NCBI GenBank assembly: GCA_964036045.1 | Contig: OZ038378.1 | Location: 162,874,001 to 162,938,000, forward strand | Length of the DNA stretch: 64,000 bases | Origin: Eutreptiella sp. 'Long Island Sound 2002' | Lineage: Eukaryota > Protista > Euglenida | Direction: 5' to 3' | Shown here: positions 1 to 11,743 of the stretch, one piece after another | Layout: each line of letters opens with the position of its first letter | How positions within the stretch are numbered: position 1 is the first letter of the stretch | Program-made: the position numbers and the translations under genes | Notes under the pieces: model-generated | Databases searched by the model: none | Told to the model about the DNA's origin: nothing | Seen by the model: the letters and a program-made list of their open reading frames with translations, nothing else

Positions 1-2060
1 AACATGCTTCAGGTATGTTGGATCGTCATTTGAGGTGATCACAATATCAAAAAAATTAGTTTCGAAAACTTCGATTTTTGAGCTGCGTAGGGTGAAAAAC
101 CGCATAAGCAGGTTGTGTACCCATCCCATGGGACAACCCCCCCCCCCCCCCCCAATAGCCAAATAGGGTGAAAAACACGTAAATACAGCCTAGAACATGC
201 TTTACGTAGCTTGGATGGTCATTTTGAGTGATGACAATATCAAAAAAATAAGTTTGGAAAACTTCGATTTTTGAGCTGTCCAGAGTGCAAAACTGCATAA
301 GCAGGTTGTGTACCAATCCCTTGGGAGACCCCCCCCTAGGACCTAATACTCGAATCGGGTGAAAAAAACGTAAATACGGCCTAAAACATGCTTTACATAC
401 CTTGGATGGTCATTTTAGGTGGTCACAATATCAAAAAAACAAGTTTCGAAAACTTCGATTTTTGAGCTGCCCAGGGTGAAAAACTGCATGAGCAGGTTGT
501 GTACCGGCCCATTCACTGGGCCATTATTGGTGGAAACAGTCATTTCGCGTCTTTGGCACGGTTGTGAACGGCCCTAGGCAAGGCTAGACACTGCAAAAAA
601 CGTCCTTCCGTATCCTAGTAGGCATATACTGTCACAACATCCCCACTCACACCCCTTAGAGTGGGTAGCACGGGGTCACCGAGGTCGCCAAAACCGCCAA
701 CATACCAAAAATGGCTGAAAAGTGCATAAACTGCATAAGCGCTCGTCCCACTCCGCCCCATACAAACCCCATAGAGTCGGGACCCGGAAACACTTTTTCG
801 GCTCAAAATCGAAAAAAACCAAAAGATTCATGATTTTCGACCCAAAAAAAGGGGGGGTCATTTTTTCGACATTTTTGACCCCCCCCCCCACCCCCCCATC
901 CCCCCCCCCCCTCCTTGAAAACCTCAAAAAAGTGGGTTTCAAGTGGGGGGGGTCTAGGGGGGTCCGGACCAAAAACTCATTGGGGGATGCGTTTATTGGA
1001 CAAAATAATGATTTTACAAGGGGTTAAACTAACAATTCAACCCCTTGGGGTAGGGTACGCGAATAGCCCCAAAAAGGCCAAAATGGGGGGGTATGTGGCG
1101 TTTTCCCCTATATACGCCTGCCTGGCTTTGATCTAACAACCTCTGCGAGGTGATTTCCATTTTTGACCTGTAGAGGGTGGAAAACTGCTTGTTCGTGCAC
1201 ACACCAAAGGCCATTGAACCACCTACAAACAGCAATTTTGAAGCTTTTGGGGGGCCCATGGCTCGGGCTACATGGGCTTGGCGGCCACTATGTGGGTCAC
1301 CGTGGGTGCTCAAGTACCCGTATTGTCACTAAATCATCACCCAAACCCATCCCAAGGGCGACAGAGGGGTTTCCAAAAAAGTCGAATTTCGGAAATCTTG
1401 CAGGTGTCACTAAATAGCCTACACAACGCCAATTTCGGGGCTTTTTGGAGGGCCATGGCTCGGGCTATATGGGCTTGGCGGTCACTACGTGGGTCCCCGT
1501 GGGTGCTCAAGTACCCGTATTGTCACTAAATCATCTCCCAAACCCATCCCAAGGGCGACAGAAGGGTTTCCGAAAAAGTCCAATTTCGGAAATCTTGCAG
1601 GTGTCACTAAACAGCCTTATCCAGCGTGAAAACGGCTAAGTCCTCACTAGCAAGGGCCCATAGGGGGGGGCGACCAGGGGTACCCGGAGTTCGGACCCGG
1701 GACCCCCACCATGGGTTAGGGGGTCCATGTACAAGAAAAAAGTTGCCCCGGACCCGGGTCCAATTCCACACACAGCAGCCACAATACGCAAAGTAGTTTT
1801 GACCCCCCCCCCCGACACCCCCCCCACCCCCCCCCCCACCCATCCCCCCAAAAAGGGGTACCCGGGTACGGGGGGGTAAAGGGGTCAAAAACGAAAAATT
1901 CATTGGGGGATCATTTTCTCTCCTAAAAGGATGATTTTACAAGGGGTTGGACATCCGGTACCATACCTTGGGGTATCGTACGCGAATGACCCCCAAAAAG
2001 GGGGGTATATGGCGTACGCACCTGCGCTTGATCTAACAACCCTCTTCGAGGTGATTTTCT
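1..2060. repeat. Composite interspersed repeat family A (about 190-bp tandem units plus blocks P, Q, T)
   Basis: Three copies of the AACATGCTT...GCAGGTTGTGTACC unit (1-510). Duplicated blocks at 1240-1620. Terminal block ending CTTGATCTAACAACC..CTC..GAGGTGATTT at about 1155 and 2058. Confidence 0.8.
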
Positions 2061-2571
2061 GATCTGGTGGTGGGTCGATCGGCCAAAATGCCAGGAAGGC
2101 CAGAATACCCCCCCCCAAGTGCACACCCTTTGCTTAATGGTGCGGCTGCCCAGTTTTCTAGGCTCTGCCGGCCCTCCGGGGGTTGGGCCACCATCCCCGT
2201 CTATCCACAACAGCCCCTTCCCAGCCACCGCAGCCCCTCACCCCATAGAAACTACACCTTGGACCAACACCTGGCACTGCCCCCAGGTGAAGCCGAACAG
2301 AAGCAGGTGGGCTGGCGTGTGCCGACGTGTGGCGACTATGAACGGCAGATTTTTTTTCTTCCCCTTGTGCTGTTTTTGGCACCTCACCGGCATAACCCCC
2401 CCCCCCCCCGTGAGCCCGCGTGCTGACCCGGGCCCTTTACACCGACTTACCCCCCCCCCCCCCCCGGGGAACTGTTTTTTCACTCCATGTGTCTACACTC
2501 AAAACACTCGGAATTTTCAGGAGATCTGAATAATGGATGAAAAAAATATCGGACCGAATACCACCCCTGAG

Positions 2572-2656
2572 CTGTACTTTGTCAGAGATGGCCCACACCC
2601 TGTACTTTGTCAGAGATGGCCCACACCCTGTACTTTGTCAGAGATGGCTCATACCC
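2572..2656. repeat. 28-bp minisatellite, three copies
   Basis: CTGTACTTTGTCAGAGATGGCCCACACC repeated head-to-tail with no spacers. Confidence 0.9.
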
Positions 2657-4451
2657 TAGTGGTTAAACAGTGTATTCTCTATTCAGAAGTCCGTGCTTCA
2701 TTTCCTGGTATCAGCAATCTGCAGGGTGGTGCAGACGCTGGCTGGGCCGAATTCCAAACTGTTCAGAGGTGCCCGACATTTTTCCAATGGGATGTGACAG
2801 GCATCTGGCGACGAGTGGCAGGGGGGTGGTTCTGCGTCTGCCAACGTCTGGCAGGGAGGTGGGCTGGCGTGTGCCGACGTGTGGTTTGCCGCACACTAGT
2901 AGCAAGTCTGGTGAGGAGCCTAACTTTGGGGGTGTTTGGCACAAGGCCTTGGTTGGCTCTGTTAGCCTGTGGCGGCGCCTATTGGCATCTCGCCCTTGAA
3001 CCTTCTGCTATGATAAGCAGGGATCCGCACTACTGCGGGCATCCGCACTGCCGCGGGCATCCACCTGCCTGGGTGGGAATCCAGAATGCAACTTCTGCCC
3101 ATGGCGTCTCCCACTGACGGCCTGATCAGTGCCTTGTATGCGGGCATTGATCTGCCCTAACTTTGGGGGGGCTGGGGGGGGATCAGGGACAGGCGAAATG
3201 TGGAATGGCAAAATGTGGCTCAAGAACAGTGTGCAAAAGTCCCATTCCCACAATGGGAATTCGCAAAATTTTGCAATCCCCCCCGCCCCGGGTATTGAAT
3301 TAGTGCCAATCCAGCACTAGCGGTTGAAGCATGCTGCAGCATGCCGCAGCACGTCCTGGGGACCGTTGAGGCTTGCATACCACAAGGTCGCTGGTGGTGA
3401 TCATCTTCCAGGCCTCTTCATGACGTGCGCCTGCCATTTTTAGCTTGGCAGCGGGGTACCTGCCACAGGGCGCCCATCACATGGAGACCCCCTTGCTGTC
3501 CATTTGCCATTGCATCCTTTGGAGCCTTGCGTCATGATTAGAGCTTCCAAATATTTCAAGAACAGAAGCGGAAGCCCAAATTGCCGGCATGCGGCACCCC
3601 AACATCTGTTTTCGACAATTGCATGCTCATTGACCATTGCAGTGAAGGCACAGCTTTTCGCATCCCCGGATCTTGTGGTGTCCCAAATGCCGCTGAAGCT
3701 CGTTTTTTTTTGCAATGCTAAACTCGGCGGACCCCTCTCTCTAAAAAATTCCCTGTATCGCCCGTCAAACGGAAAGGCGTCTCACATTTTCATCGTGAGG
3801 CTACAGTTGAGAGATCAATGGCAGGGCATGACTCCATGGTGCTAACAGTGCCAGACGTCGGCAGATGCAGAACCACTTCTCTGCTGGAACCCAACCACCC
3901 GCCGCACAGCAGCATCAAGTCTGCTCCGCACTCCAAGAGCCCCGCTATCCCAAGGAAAACTTCCCTCAACGCCCACAGCACGAGTGTACTCCCGCACAAG
4001 ACCGAGGAGGTTTGCAAGGAGGAGGCGTTCTTTGGGTGCGTTGCACAGCGGTCTCAGGCACTCGTTGAAAATACCATCGCATTTTATTGGGAGCACGAAA
4101 CCCTCTTGCCGCACCCTCCCCGAAAAAAAAAAAAAAGCAACGGGCACCGCAAAACCAGTGCGACTCAGGTGACCAGATTTCCGGACACGTGCATGGCCTT
4201 GACAACGCAGGAGGGAGAGCAGGAAGATGCTCGTCCGATCCATGGGCTACCCCAGGGGAGGCAGTGCGAAAGAATTGACGTATCCTGAACGGCACCCAAC
4301 CCCCGTCGGTGTCACAGGCAACATATTCGACACACAAACACTGCACACGCCCAGTCTGCCTCAACGGTCTGTGTTGGTCTCCTTCTGTGGGCTGTCCCCA
4401 TTTGTGAAGGCACACGCGCGCATGCGTGCACGCACGAGGACGCATGCACAC

Positions 4452-4547
4452 CTTCATGTCACCGTCGATCACGCTCCCCTTCACGCTGGCGCCCCGACCG
4501 CTCGCCTTCGTTCCCCACGATTTCACAGACTCAAACCAAGTGGAAGA
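4452..4547 (-). CDS. Tentative further exon of the cyclase gene
   Basis: cgccAG|TCT...ATG AAG|GTGTGC. Length 96 bp, phase 0-0, open frame SSTWFESVKSWGTKASGRGASVKGSVIDGDMK. No homology support. Confidence 0.35.
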
Positions 4548-5149
4548 CTGGCGACCACGCTGACTAGTTACATCGTCGCCTCTCATCGACTGCCTTTTCT
4601 TCTTCTTCTCTTGCATCACATTTTTGGCCTGAGAAACAGAAGAGGGCGTGCACAGAGTGCCTGCGTATGCGGGAGTGGGCGTTTGGGGGTGTGTGCTGGT
4701 GACTAGCGGTGTGCAGAGCGCCCCAGCACACAAACCAATCGACAGCCCACGGCAGCAACATGGACAGCCCTCAGTCAGTTGAGGGGTATCAGCGAATGGG
4801 GCAGCAGAGTGCAGGCAACTTGTCCACCTTCAAGACCACGCGCCCGTACATGTCTGTCCCCCGAGTGTGCGCCCATACATCAACGGCGATGCACACCAAA
4901 TGTGACGAAAGACTGGCTTGAAGTCTCAGTTCCGGGGAACCGGGACATATGCAAAATGGGACACATGCAAATACCTCCTGAAACTTGGACTGAAATGGCA
5001 CACAATCCTCTCATCCAGGCCTCTTATGGGGGTGTTCTCAGTCATTTTCAGTCAATTGCCCGACTGTTTCGACGTCATCCAGGGACAGTGTGTGTGCATA
5101 CAGCCGTGGCAGGGGGATTCGGTGGTTCTTTCTTGAAATGGATGAGGCC

Positions 5150-5448
5150 ACCACACCAACGGTTCCAGGCCGTAAGACGGGGCGTCGATATGGCGGCGCG
5201 ACCGGCGCAGACCGCGCAACGGCGCTTCCCTTTGGCTTCTCGTCCTCGATGGGAGCGATGCAGGGTTGGGTGCTGGGCTTGGGGAAAATTGCACCGTGAG
5301 GGGCGGGGGGGGGGGGGGCAATGAGCCCCTTTTTCCCGCCCCCTGGGGGGGGGGGCGGGGGCTCTTCTGTCGGGGGGTCAATGTCAGCAAACATGGCAGT
5401 GGTAGTAGTACTTGTGTTTAAGGACATGTTGGTCCCGGTCATTTCCGG
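5150..5448 (-). CDS. Receptor adenylyl cyclase exon (Pro-rich insert; 3' boundary uncertain)
   Basis: Acceptor gaacAG|CCG GAA ATG at 5449 is in phase 0 with the 6010 donor. Encodes PEMTGTNMSLN...PPTEEPPPPPP...KPSTQPCIAPIEDEK. Homopolymer runs could hide frameshifts. Confidence 0.55.
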
Positions 5449-6010
5449 CTGTTCTCAGTGACAGCACCCCACCAAGGCCTCCCATTGCCATATAAGGGGA
5501 AATCAAGCTTACTCAGAGTCTGTGTCCGAGTCCGAGGAACACGCCAGTCCATGACACTCTTTGTGGCCAGCACATTTGGCAAAAAAACAGCAACGCCACC
5601 CTTCCCAGAAGGTGTCACAAAGTCACCGGACAGAAGAGCCCCTTTTTCGTCCCCCTTCCCGGGATTCAGAGGGCTCATACGCCCCCGCCCCCTCACGGTC
5701 CAATTTTCCACCCACCTGGGGATCTGGTGTGGTGTCCGGCGCCACACAATGTGCCCCTCTGTTGCACTAGTCCTTGTACGCCCCCCTCTGCCAGCGCCTG
5801 CAGGCTCTACGGCTGCACTGCTGAAGCCCGAGTGGTGGCATACCACTGGACGTGAGGAGACGTGATGGCATTCTGGCTTGACGGCCACAAAACACGCAGC
5901 ATTCCCCTTCGAATCAGATCATCAGCTGAGATGCTTCTCTGGGCAGCCACAAATTGGGTCCAGCAACGGCATTGCACCCCCGGCCCTTGGCAGGATCAAA
6001 AGGCGCATAC

Positions 6011-6251
6011 CGTGATATGAGCCAAGATCTCGCCCGAGTTGGGGTGATTGAATCGCCTGCTAAAGATCTGGGCAACCCAACAGGCAAACTTGAGCATGTC
6101 CAGGCAGCAGTTCTTGGTCTCAGATCCGGGCAATCCTGCAACGGCCAGATAGGCATCTCCAATGGTCTTGACTTTGTACACTCGCAGATTCTCTGCCACA
6201 CTGTCCATCACTCCGTAGGCGTAGCCCATGAACTGAATCAGCTCATCAGCA
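6011..6251 (-). CDS. Receptor adenylyl cyclase exon (class III cyclase core)
   Basis: ctccAG|T GCT...ATC ACG|GTATGC. Encodes SADELIQFMGYAYGVMDSVAENLRVYKVKTIGDAYLAVAGLPG: second metal Asp plus the ATP-specifying Lys of class III adenylyl cyclases. Confidence 0.93.
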
Positions 6252-8655
6252 CTGGAGGTGTGAAGTGTGCAATGCTCCACTCGGGCTCAGAAGAAGAAGG
6301 AATGTTAGTGGAATGTTAGGCGCGGTTGGAGGGGGGGAGGGGTGATAGATTGTGGGTCGTTTTGGTGAAAATGAAACCTGCCCCGCTTGGACAAGCAACG
6401 TCCAAATTCAAAAATTCTGAGGATCTGCATTGTGGCACCTCCATCTGGGCGTCGCTGCAGCGGAGGCAGGCACCATGGAGTGCAGGCATGTTTATGGACA
6501 CATAGGCTTCGCAAGAGACTATGAGGCAGACAACTTGGCAAGACAAGGGGCCGAGGGGGCGGGGATAGCTAGGCCACAGAAATATCAACATCTCTTGAAT
6601 GAGGCATGCCGTCATGATGCTTGACGCTTGTGATAGCGTGGCTTGGAAGGGGGGGGAGGCGGCAAAATGCAACCACTCATGAACCCAAATTGAACCCAAA
6701 ATGTACATGCAGCCGTTTGGGAAAACTTCACAGGCGATGTGGCCTCTGATGGTGACATTAAAATCGGTGCCAAATCAATTTCGCTGTTCAAAACGCTTGC
6801 ATGACTGGCGTAGCCTGGACAATTTGTGTATTGGACAGCGGGTGGGAAGATGGTGGGGAGGGAGGGGCGGCTGAAGATCCGTTGGTGCTGATTGTCCTGT
6901 GGCCTTTCGTTCGCAGCAGCAGCCATTCATGATGTAAACACCTCACCCTAAGCCCGAGCTATACCCGGGTCCCATCAGGAGGTGTAGCTTGGACAGGTGT
7001 GGCCACCAACAACCAAAAATATGACAGTGAGTAAGTGAGTAACCGTCTCGATAATGCCATCCATGATATTAATCAACCCGGTTGCTGTGGGTCACAACCT
7101 GCAAGTAAACCGTCTCGATGGTATTACCAAGATGGTTTACTCGCAATTATGACCGCAAAATCGATAATATGTAACTGCGAGTAAAAATAACAACCTTTTA
7201 TTTCCTCAAGCCCTAATACGGTCCAACCACCATTGACACTGAGGCCCCAGACATTGTGTGTGCTACTGCATGTGCAACGGAAAGGAGCCATGGCAGAAGG
7301 GTATTGTACAGGGACCTAAAAAGAACACCACCATGGTGCAAAGCAAACATTCGAGTAAACAAACCACCCGAAGACTACGGTGCTGGCAGGCCACTAGCAT
7401 GTTCCAGTGCTCAGCGAAATTGGGGCGCACATGCTGTAGGATGTGTTGTGCCTTTGAGTCGCTTGTTGCGGGTTGTGCTCCACTCGTGTTTATGCTGCAG
7501 GAGGGAAATAAGTCCTTTTTTCAATTTGCACAGGCTGTGGCATTGCTCCTGGTCATACTTTAGTTGATTTGGGCTGGGCCGGTACGGGGGAGGGGGGCTG
7601 GGTAAGCCCTGTTCCCAATGCAAAATGTACGACCGGTGATGAAGAGCAAGATGGCTCACTGACATTTTGGGATGGGAGAGCACACGATCACATGCCTCGT
7701 TGGGAGGGGGATTTTCTACTTGCGACTACAGTGTTGCAACCCTGAGGGAATGAGGGAAAAATAATATCCAGATTATTGATGATGTTACTTGTGGTTACAT
7801 ATCATTCATTTGACTGAAGGTTGGGATAGCATTGGCACGGCCATTTAACTACGGCCAGTTAATTGCGGTTAAATGTGTACCCGTGTCAAACGTGCACCTG
7901 CGATCAATAAAATCAATAATGTCATCGATTTTACTCACAGTAACCGCAGACCCCTCCACAATCCATTTGCAAAGCGCCCGCCCAGTCCCATACAAGGTGC
8001 ACAATGACCTGTCCCTCCTGTATGCGCCTTCACATCCCACATGGCCCTGCGCCGTTTGGGAGGTAATTGAAGGCCGGATGCGCACCGCATTACTGTCTTT
8101 CAGCATCTGATGATGCGGCGTTCCTGGGTTTGGGTGTGGGCGTGAGTGCAAGCGCGGGTGGGAGGCACGGCCTCAGCAGGGGACAGATCAGTGAACTGCG
8201 GTGGCACTGTGAGTGAAACCGGATGAGAACTCGATTTTCCTCGGGCACAAGGGTGGATTGGTACAGTGCCTCTTGCACCGTCGCCTGTGCAGCACGAGGG
8301 GCCTGCTGCACTGACTCTTGCCTCCCGCCTGCCCGCCCGCCAATTATCCGCAGTCCAGGGCTGTCCTGCAGGGCTGGACATGTCTATTGTTGGGCAAGGC
8401 AAGGGTGGGGGTGGGGGCTGGCCCGCTGTTGTGGGCCCATGGCTGTGGTAATCGACAACTCTGACCCACCCGGCGTACCAAACACACCGACGACCGCGAA
8501 ATGTGCCATGAACCCAAACAAAATAGCCCCCGGATGCAACAGTCGGACCTTCGTTCTACGCAAGACTGCGTGCCCTGCCTCCTGCCTTTAGCACATGCCT
8601 CCAAGTGGGAGGCGTGCCTTGAGGAACGCACAAAGCAACGGGGGCAGAAGACCAC

Positions 8656-9058
8656 CTGATGCTGTTTGACATCTGCGTGAACTGATAAATATCGGAGAAG
8701 AAGACAGCCGTGTGAGGAACGCTGTACACGATTTCGGTCTCGCCCACCAGCAGGCGCTCCGCCACGGCAAGCGGATACATGGCCTTCACGAGCGAGTAGA
8801 ATTGCTGCTTCTCGTGCTCCACTGCAGCTTTGCCCTCGACCCAGGCCCTTTCAATGCTGTCCAACATCCGCTTGATGACCAGCGTAAGCCCAAGCACACA
8901 CAGGAACACAGCCCCAAAGCAAATGAAGAACAGTTTAATGGCAGCTGCTACGGCGGGGGCCTGGACTTCAGAGGCATCAACCTTCACGACCAGCCCCATT
9001 CCCATTTCATGGATGTAATCATACGATGCCAGCACCTCCTCCAAGCGGTAATCAGGGC
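8656..9058 (-). CDS. Receptor adenylyl cyclase exon (last repeat, second TM, signalling helix, start of cyclase domain)
   Basis: ccgcAG|GC CCT GAT TAC...ATC AG|GTGGTC. Encodes PDYRLEEVLASY, TM IKLFFICFGAVFLCVLGLTLVI, ...LVKAMYPLAVAERLL..., and AVFFSDIYQFTQMS (first metal-binding Asp). Confidence 0.92.
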
Positions 9059-9709
9059 CTGCGGAGGGGCGTTTGGCAGGTCGAGAGGTTGTGCTGGAGA
9101 AACTTGGAGAGTTGTGGTGCTTTGGGGAGGTTTGTGGAGGCTTGAGGCTGGTCGAGAGTTGTGGAGGGTGGAAGGGGGTTGTGCAGGCGTGTGCAGGATG
9201 GTGGAGGATTGTGGTGCCCACTTGCATCAGTACACCCTTGACCGCCCATCACTCGCCATCAGCCCTTCACAAGGGGTGTAAAGCTGAGGGCTCCTTGCTC
9301 AGGGCCATGGACGCAAAGGATGGCACAGGGATGCAGGTGTAGAGATCTATGGGTGCAGAGGGCGTACAGGTGTGCAGGAGGACGCAGAGGGGCGTCCTGC
9401 ACGGCCCGTTTTGATGTAGAGGAAAATGGAAAGCTGTGGGGGGATGCAGTGGGTGAACAGTGGTGCGCGGGGTGTGACGCCCAAATCTTTCAAATCAAGC
9501 TCAAACTGCGAGGTTCAACAGCTAAGACCTACCGCTATGCGACCGAACCATGAGTTCTGGTGTTCGGCTGCCCCGTCGACAGGCTCGGGAACTGGGTTGA
9601 GACGCTGGCAGACATGCAACAAGAGGGGGTGGCGTCCGTGCTCCTACCGCACCCTGCATGCCGTCTCCGTACGCCCGTGGCTCCCTGTGTGCGCGGGGTG
9701 TGTGTGTAC

Positions 9710-10057
9710 CTTGAATCAGGCCAGTGGTCTCTCGCAGGGCGTTGATCATTGGGGCCGCGGCCTTGGGACTGCCGCCGCAGTTGGGGTGGCACTGATCTTT
9801 GTACTTGAGCTTCGTCAAGAAGCTGAAATCTTTGGGGCTGTTGACGTCTTCCGCCGCGACGCCATCTTTGCGGACGGCCATGATGATCTCTTGCGTGGTG
9901 TCGTTGATCAGTTGGTTCTCGTTGTTCACGAAATTGCGAGCGAGCTCAACGCCGTCGGCCTGCACTTGGTCGTTGTCCACCTTCATGAACAGGGTCCCAT
10001 CCAAATACGGAATGCAGTAATATCCGATCGTCATGGCTACCCCACGGTAGTCCAAGC
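9710..10057 (-). CDS. Receptor adenylyl cyclase exon (exactly one Cache-like repeat)
   Basis: tctcAG|GC TTG GAC TAC...CAA G|GTACAC. Length 348 bp, phase 1-1. Encodes LDYRGVAM...FSFLTKLKYKDQC...AAAPMINALRETTGLIQ. Confidence 0.9.
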
Positions 10058-10930
10058 CTGAGACGTGATCAGGGTAAGCACTTCGAGCCCCCCTTGGAGC
10101 CCCTGCCTGCTTCCCTCCCCCCGGGCCGTTTCTTGACCGGGATTCAACTGCACAGAGGCAGGTGAGCCCTGCTGAGGGGCCGTTCTGACAAATTGTGGCG
10201 TGGCCTTCCGGTCAGTGTTCTGGGATGGGTCTCGGCGAATGGCTCCACCGAAGGCCGGGCAGGGATACATTGGAGGAGGTGGCCCAGGGCGAGGGGTGCC
10301 AGGAGCGGGTGCGAAACGCAATGACTTTTGGGGGGAGGGGGAGGACTTTCGGGTCCCAGACCCCCCTCCCCACACTCTTGCCTCCTCTCTTCTTTTTGTT
10401 CTTACTCGTGCAGAGGTTGGTCGCAACGTAGCCATGTTCAGGTCATCATTGCCACAATGTGTTGATGTTGTTGGATGAGGACACATTGTACGTATTTTTT
10501 CGGATTGCTCAATGTGAGCGCTTTTTGGTGCGGCAAGAGAATTAGAGGGAGGGAGCAAAAGTGCAGGACCTGCGAGAAGATGGCAAGAGGGAGAGGACGT
10601 GGGGGTGGAGAGAGGAGGGCAACAAGAGGGAGAAGGGGGCCTGGAAACCAGGCCTTCAGCAGAGAGGAAGTGTCCGTTGCCTCAAGGAGCTACTGCACGA
10701 AACAACCCACGGACGCGCATGTCGACCCTGATGCACCACTACCGACAGCCCTCCGCCACACATGCCAAGCCCTTCCAATGTCAAAAGAATGCTGAGCCCA
10801 AAGAAATTGCAATGAAGGTTTTGAAGGCAATGTCCACAAGCGAGAGAGAGAGAGAGAGAGAGTGTGTGTGTGGCCCTCAGTGGCCTTGCAGCGTCTGGTT
10901 TGTTTTTTGGTGGAAGGGGGTTAAGAACAC

Positions 10931-11087
10931 CTCGTGCCACTCCACTTTCACACTTCTCTACTGCCCGGCGGATGATGCCATCCTCAGACAGGTCGTAGCT
11001 GCAGTCCGTGCCGTTGGCGCATTGGTCCCGGAACTTCAAGTTCGTCAGCACTGAAATGTTGTTGTTGGTCTTCATGGCGAAGCCCAT
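10931..11087 (-). CDS. Receptor adenylyl cyclase exon
   Basis: gtgcAG|ATG GGC...CGA G|GTGTTC. Length 157 bp, phase 0-1. Encodes MGFAMKTNNNISVLTNLKFRDQC...GVAR. Confidence 0.88.
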
Positions 11088-11464
11088 CTGCACAGTACGG
11101 GCAGCGGCACCGGCAGCAACAGCGGCAGAGGCCCAAAGCAGGGGAGGGGGAAGGGGCAACGCGGGGCCACGGCCAACGACAGGGTCACGGTTGGACAGTG
11201 GCACGGACACAGGGGCAGTGGCAGACAGAGAGCGGAACAAGCGGAGGGGCAGCAACTACAGGGATAGGGGAGAGACAGCAGCCGCCCCTGCCCCTGCTCA
11301 TGTACTGGGAACAGGGGAGGGGGGCAAGCCGGGACGGCAGGAGGAGGGGCAGGGACAGGTCCAGGGTTGGGGTTCAAAAGTGGACAGTAGCGGGGGCGGG
11401 CGCTGGCGCAGGCGCAGGTGTACACGTTAGAACAGAGGCAGGGGCAGGCGGGGGGGTACCAAAC

Positions 11465-11743
11465 CTCCTCTGTGCGGTTGATCTTGCCGTTGACACTGTC
11501 GAGCGAGGCCGCAAGATCACGCGCCAAGTTCATCTGCACTTCCACCAGATCGATCTGGACGGCGACCCCCACCCCCAGCGCGGGAATCGGCCCATACCCC
11601 GAGAGCACAAGCGCCGGGCGGTAGTCGTTCACGACCATGACCCCCTCGCTTTGGTTCTTCAACGCGAGCTGCATGTCCTCTGCCACCCACGCCGACACAT
11701 TGCAGCCCTCGCAGAAGATCAGATCGCTCAACCACACAAGCTC
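11465..11743 (-). CDS. Receptor adenylyl cyclase exon (Cache-like repeat)
   Basis: cacAG|GAG CTT...GAG GAG|GTTTGG. Length 279 bp, phase 0-0. Encodes ELVWLSDLIFC...MQLALKNQSEGVMVVNDYRPALVLSGY...GVAVQIDLVEV. Confidence 0.88.

Noticed and set aside
2572-2656. Direct repeats of CRISPR-like length (28 bp)
   Set aside because: Head-to-tail with no spacers, no cas genes, eukaryotic context. It is a minisatellite.
3790-4017. SGTVSTMES as the cyclase GDTVN.ASRMES motif; also VDVWAHT at about 4870
   Set aside because: The invariant Asn and Arg are missing, there is no supporting splice phase, and no upstream RxGxHxG. Likely chance.
7836-8049. Short TIR element (CACGGCCAT / ATGGCCCTG)
   Set aside because: Only 8/10 match and no target-site duplication.
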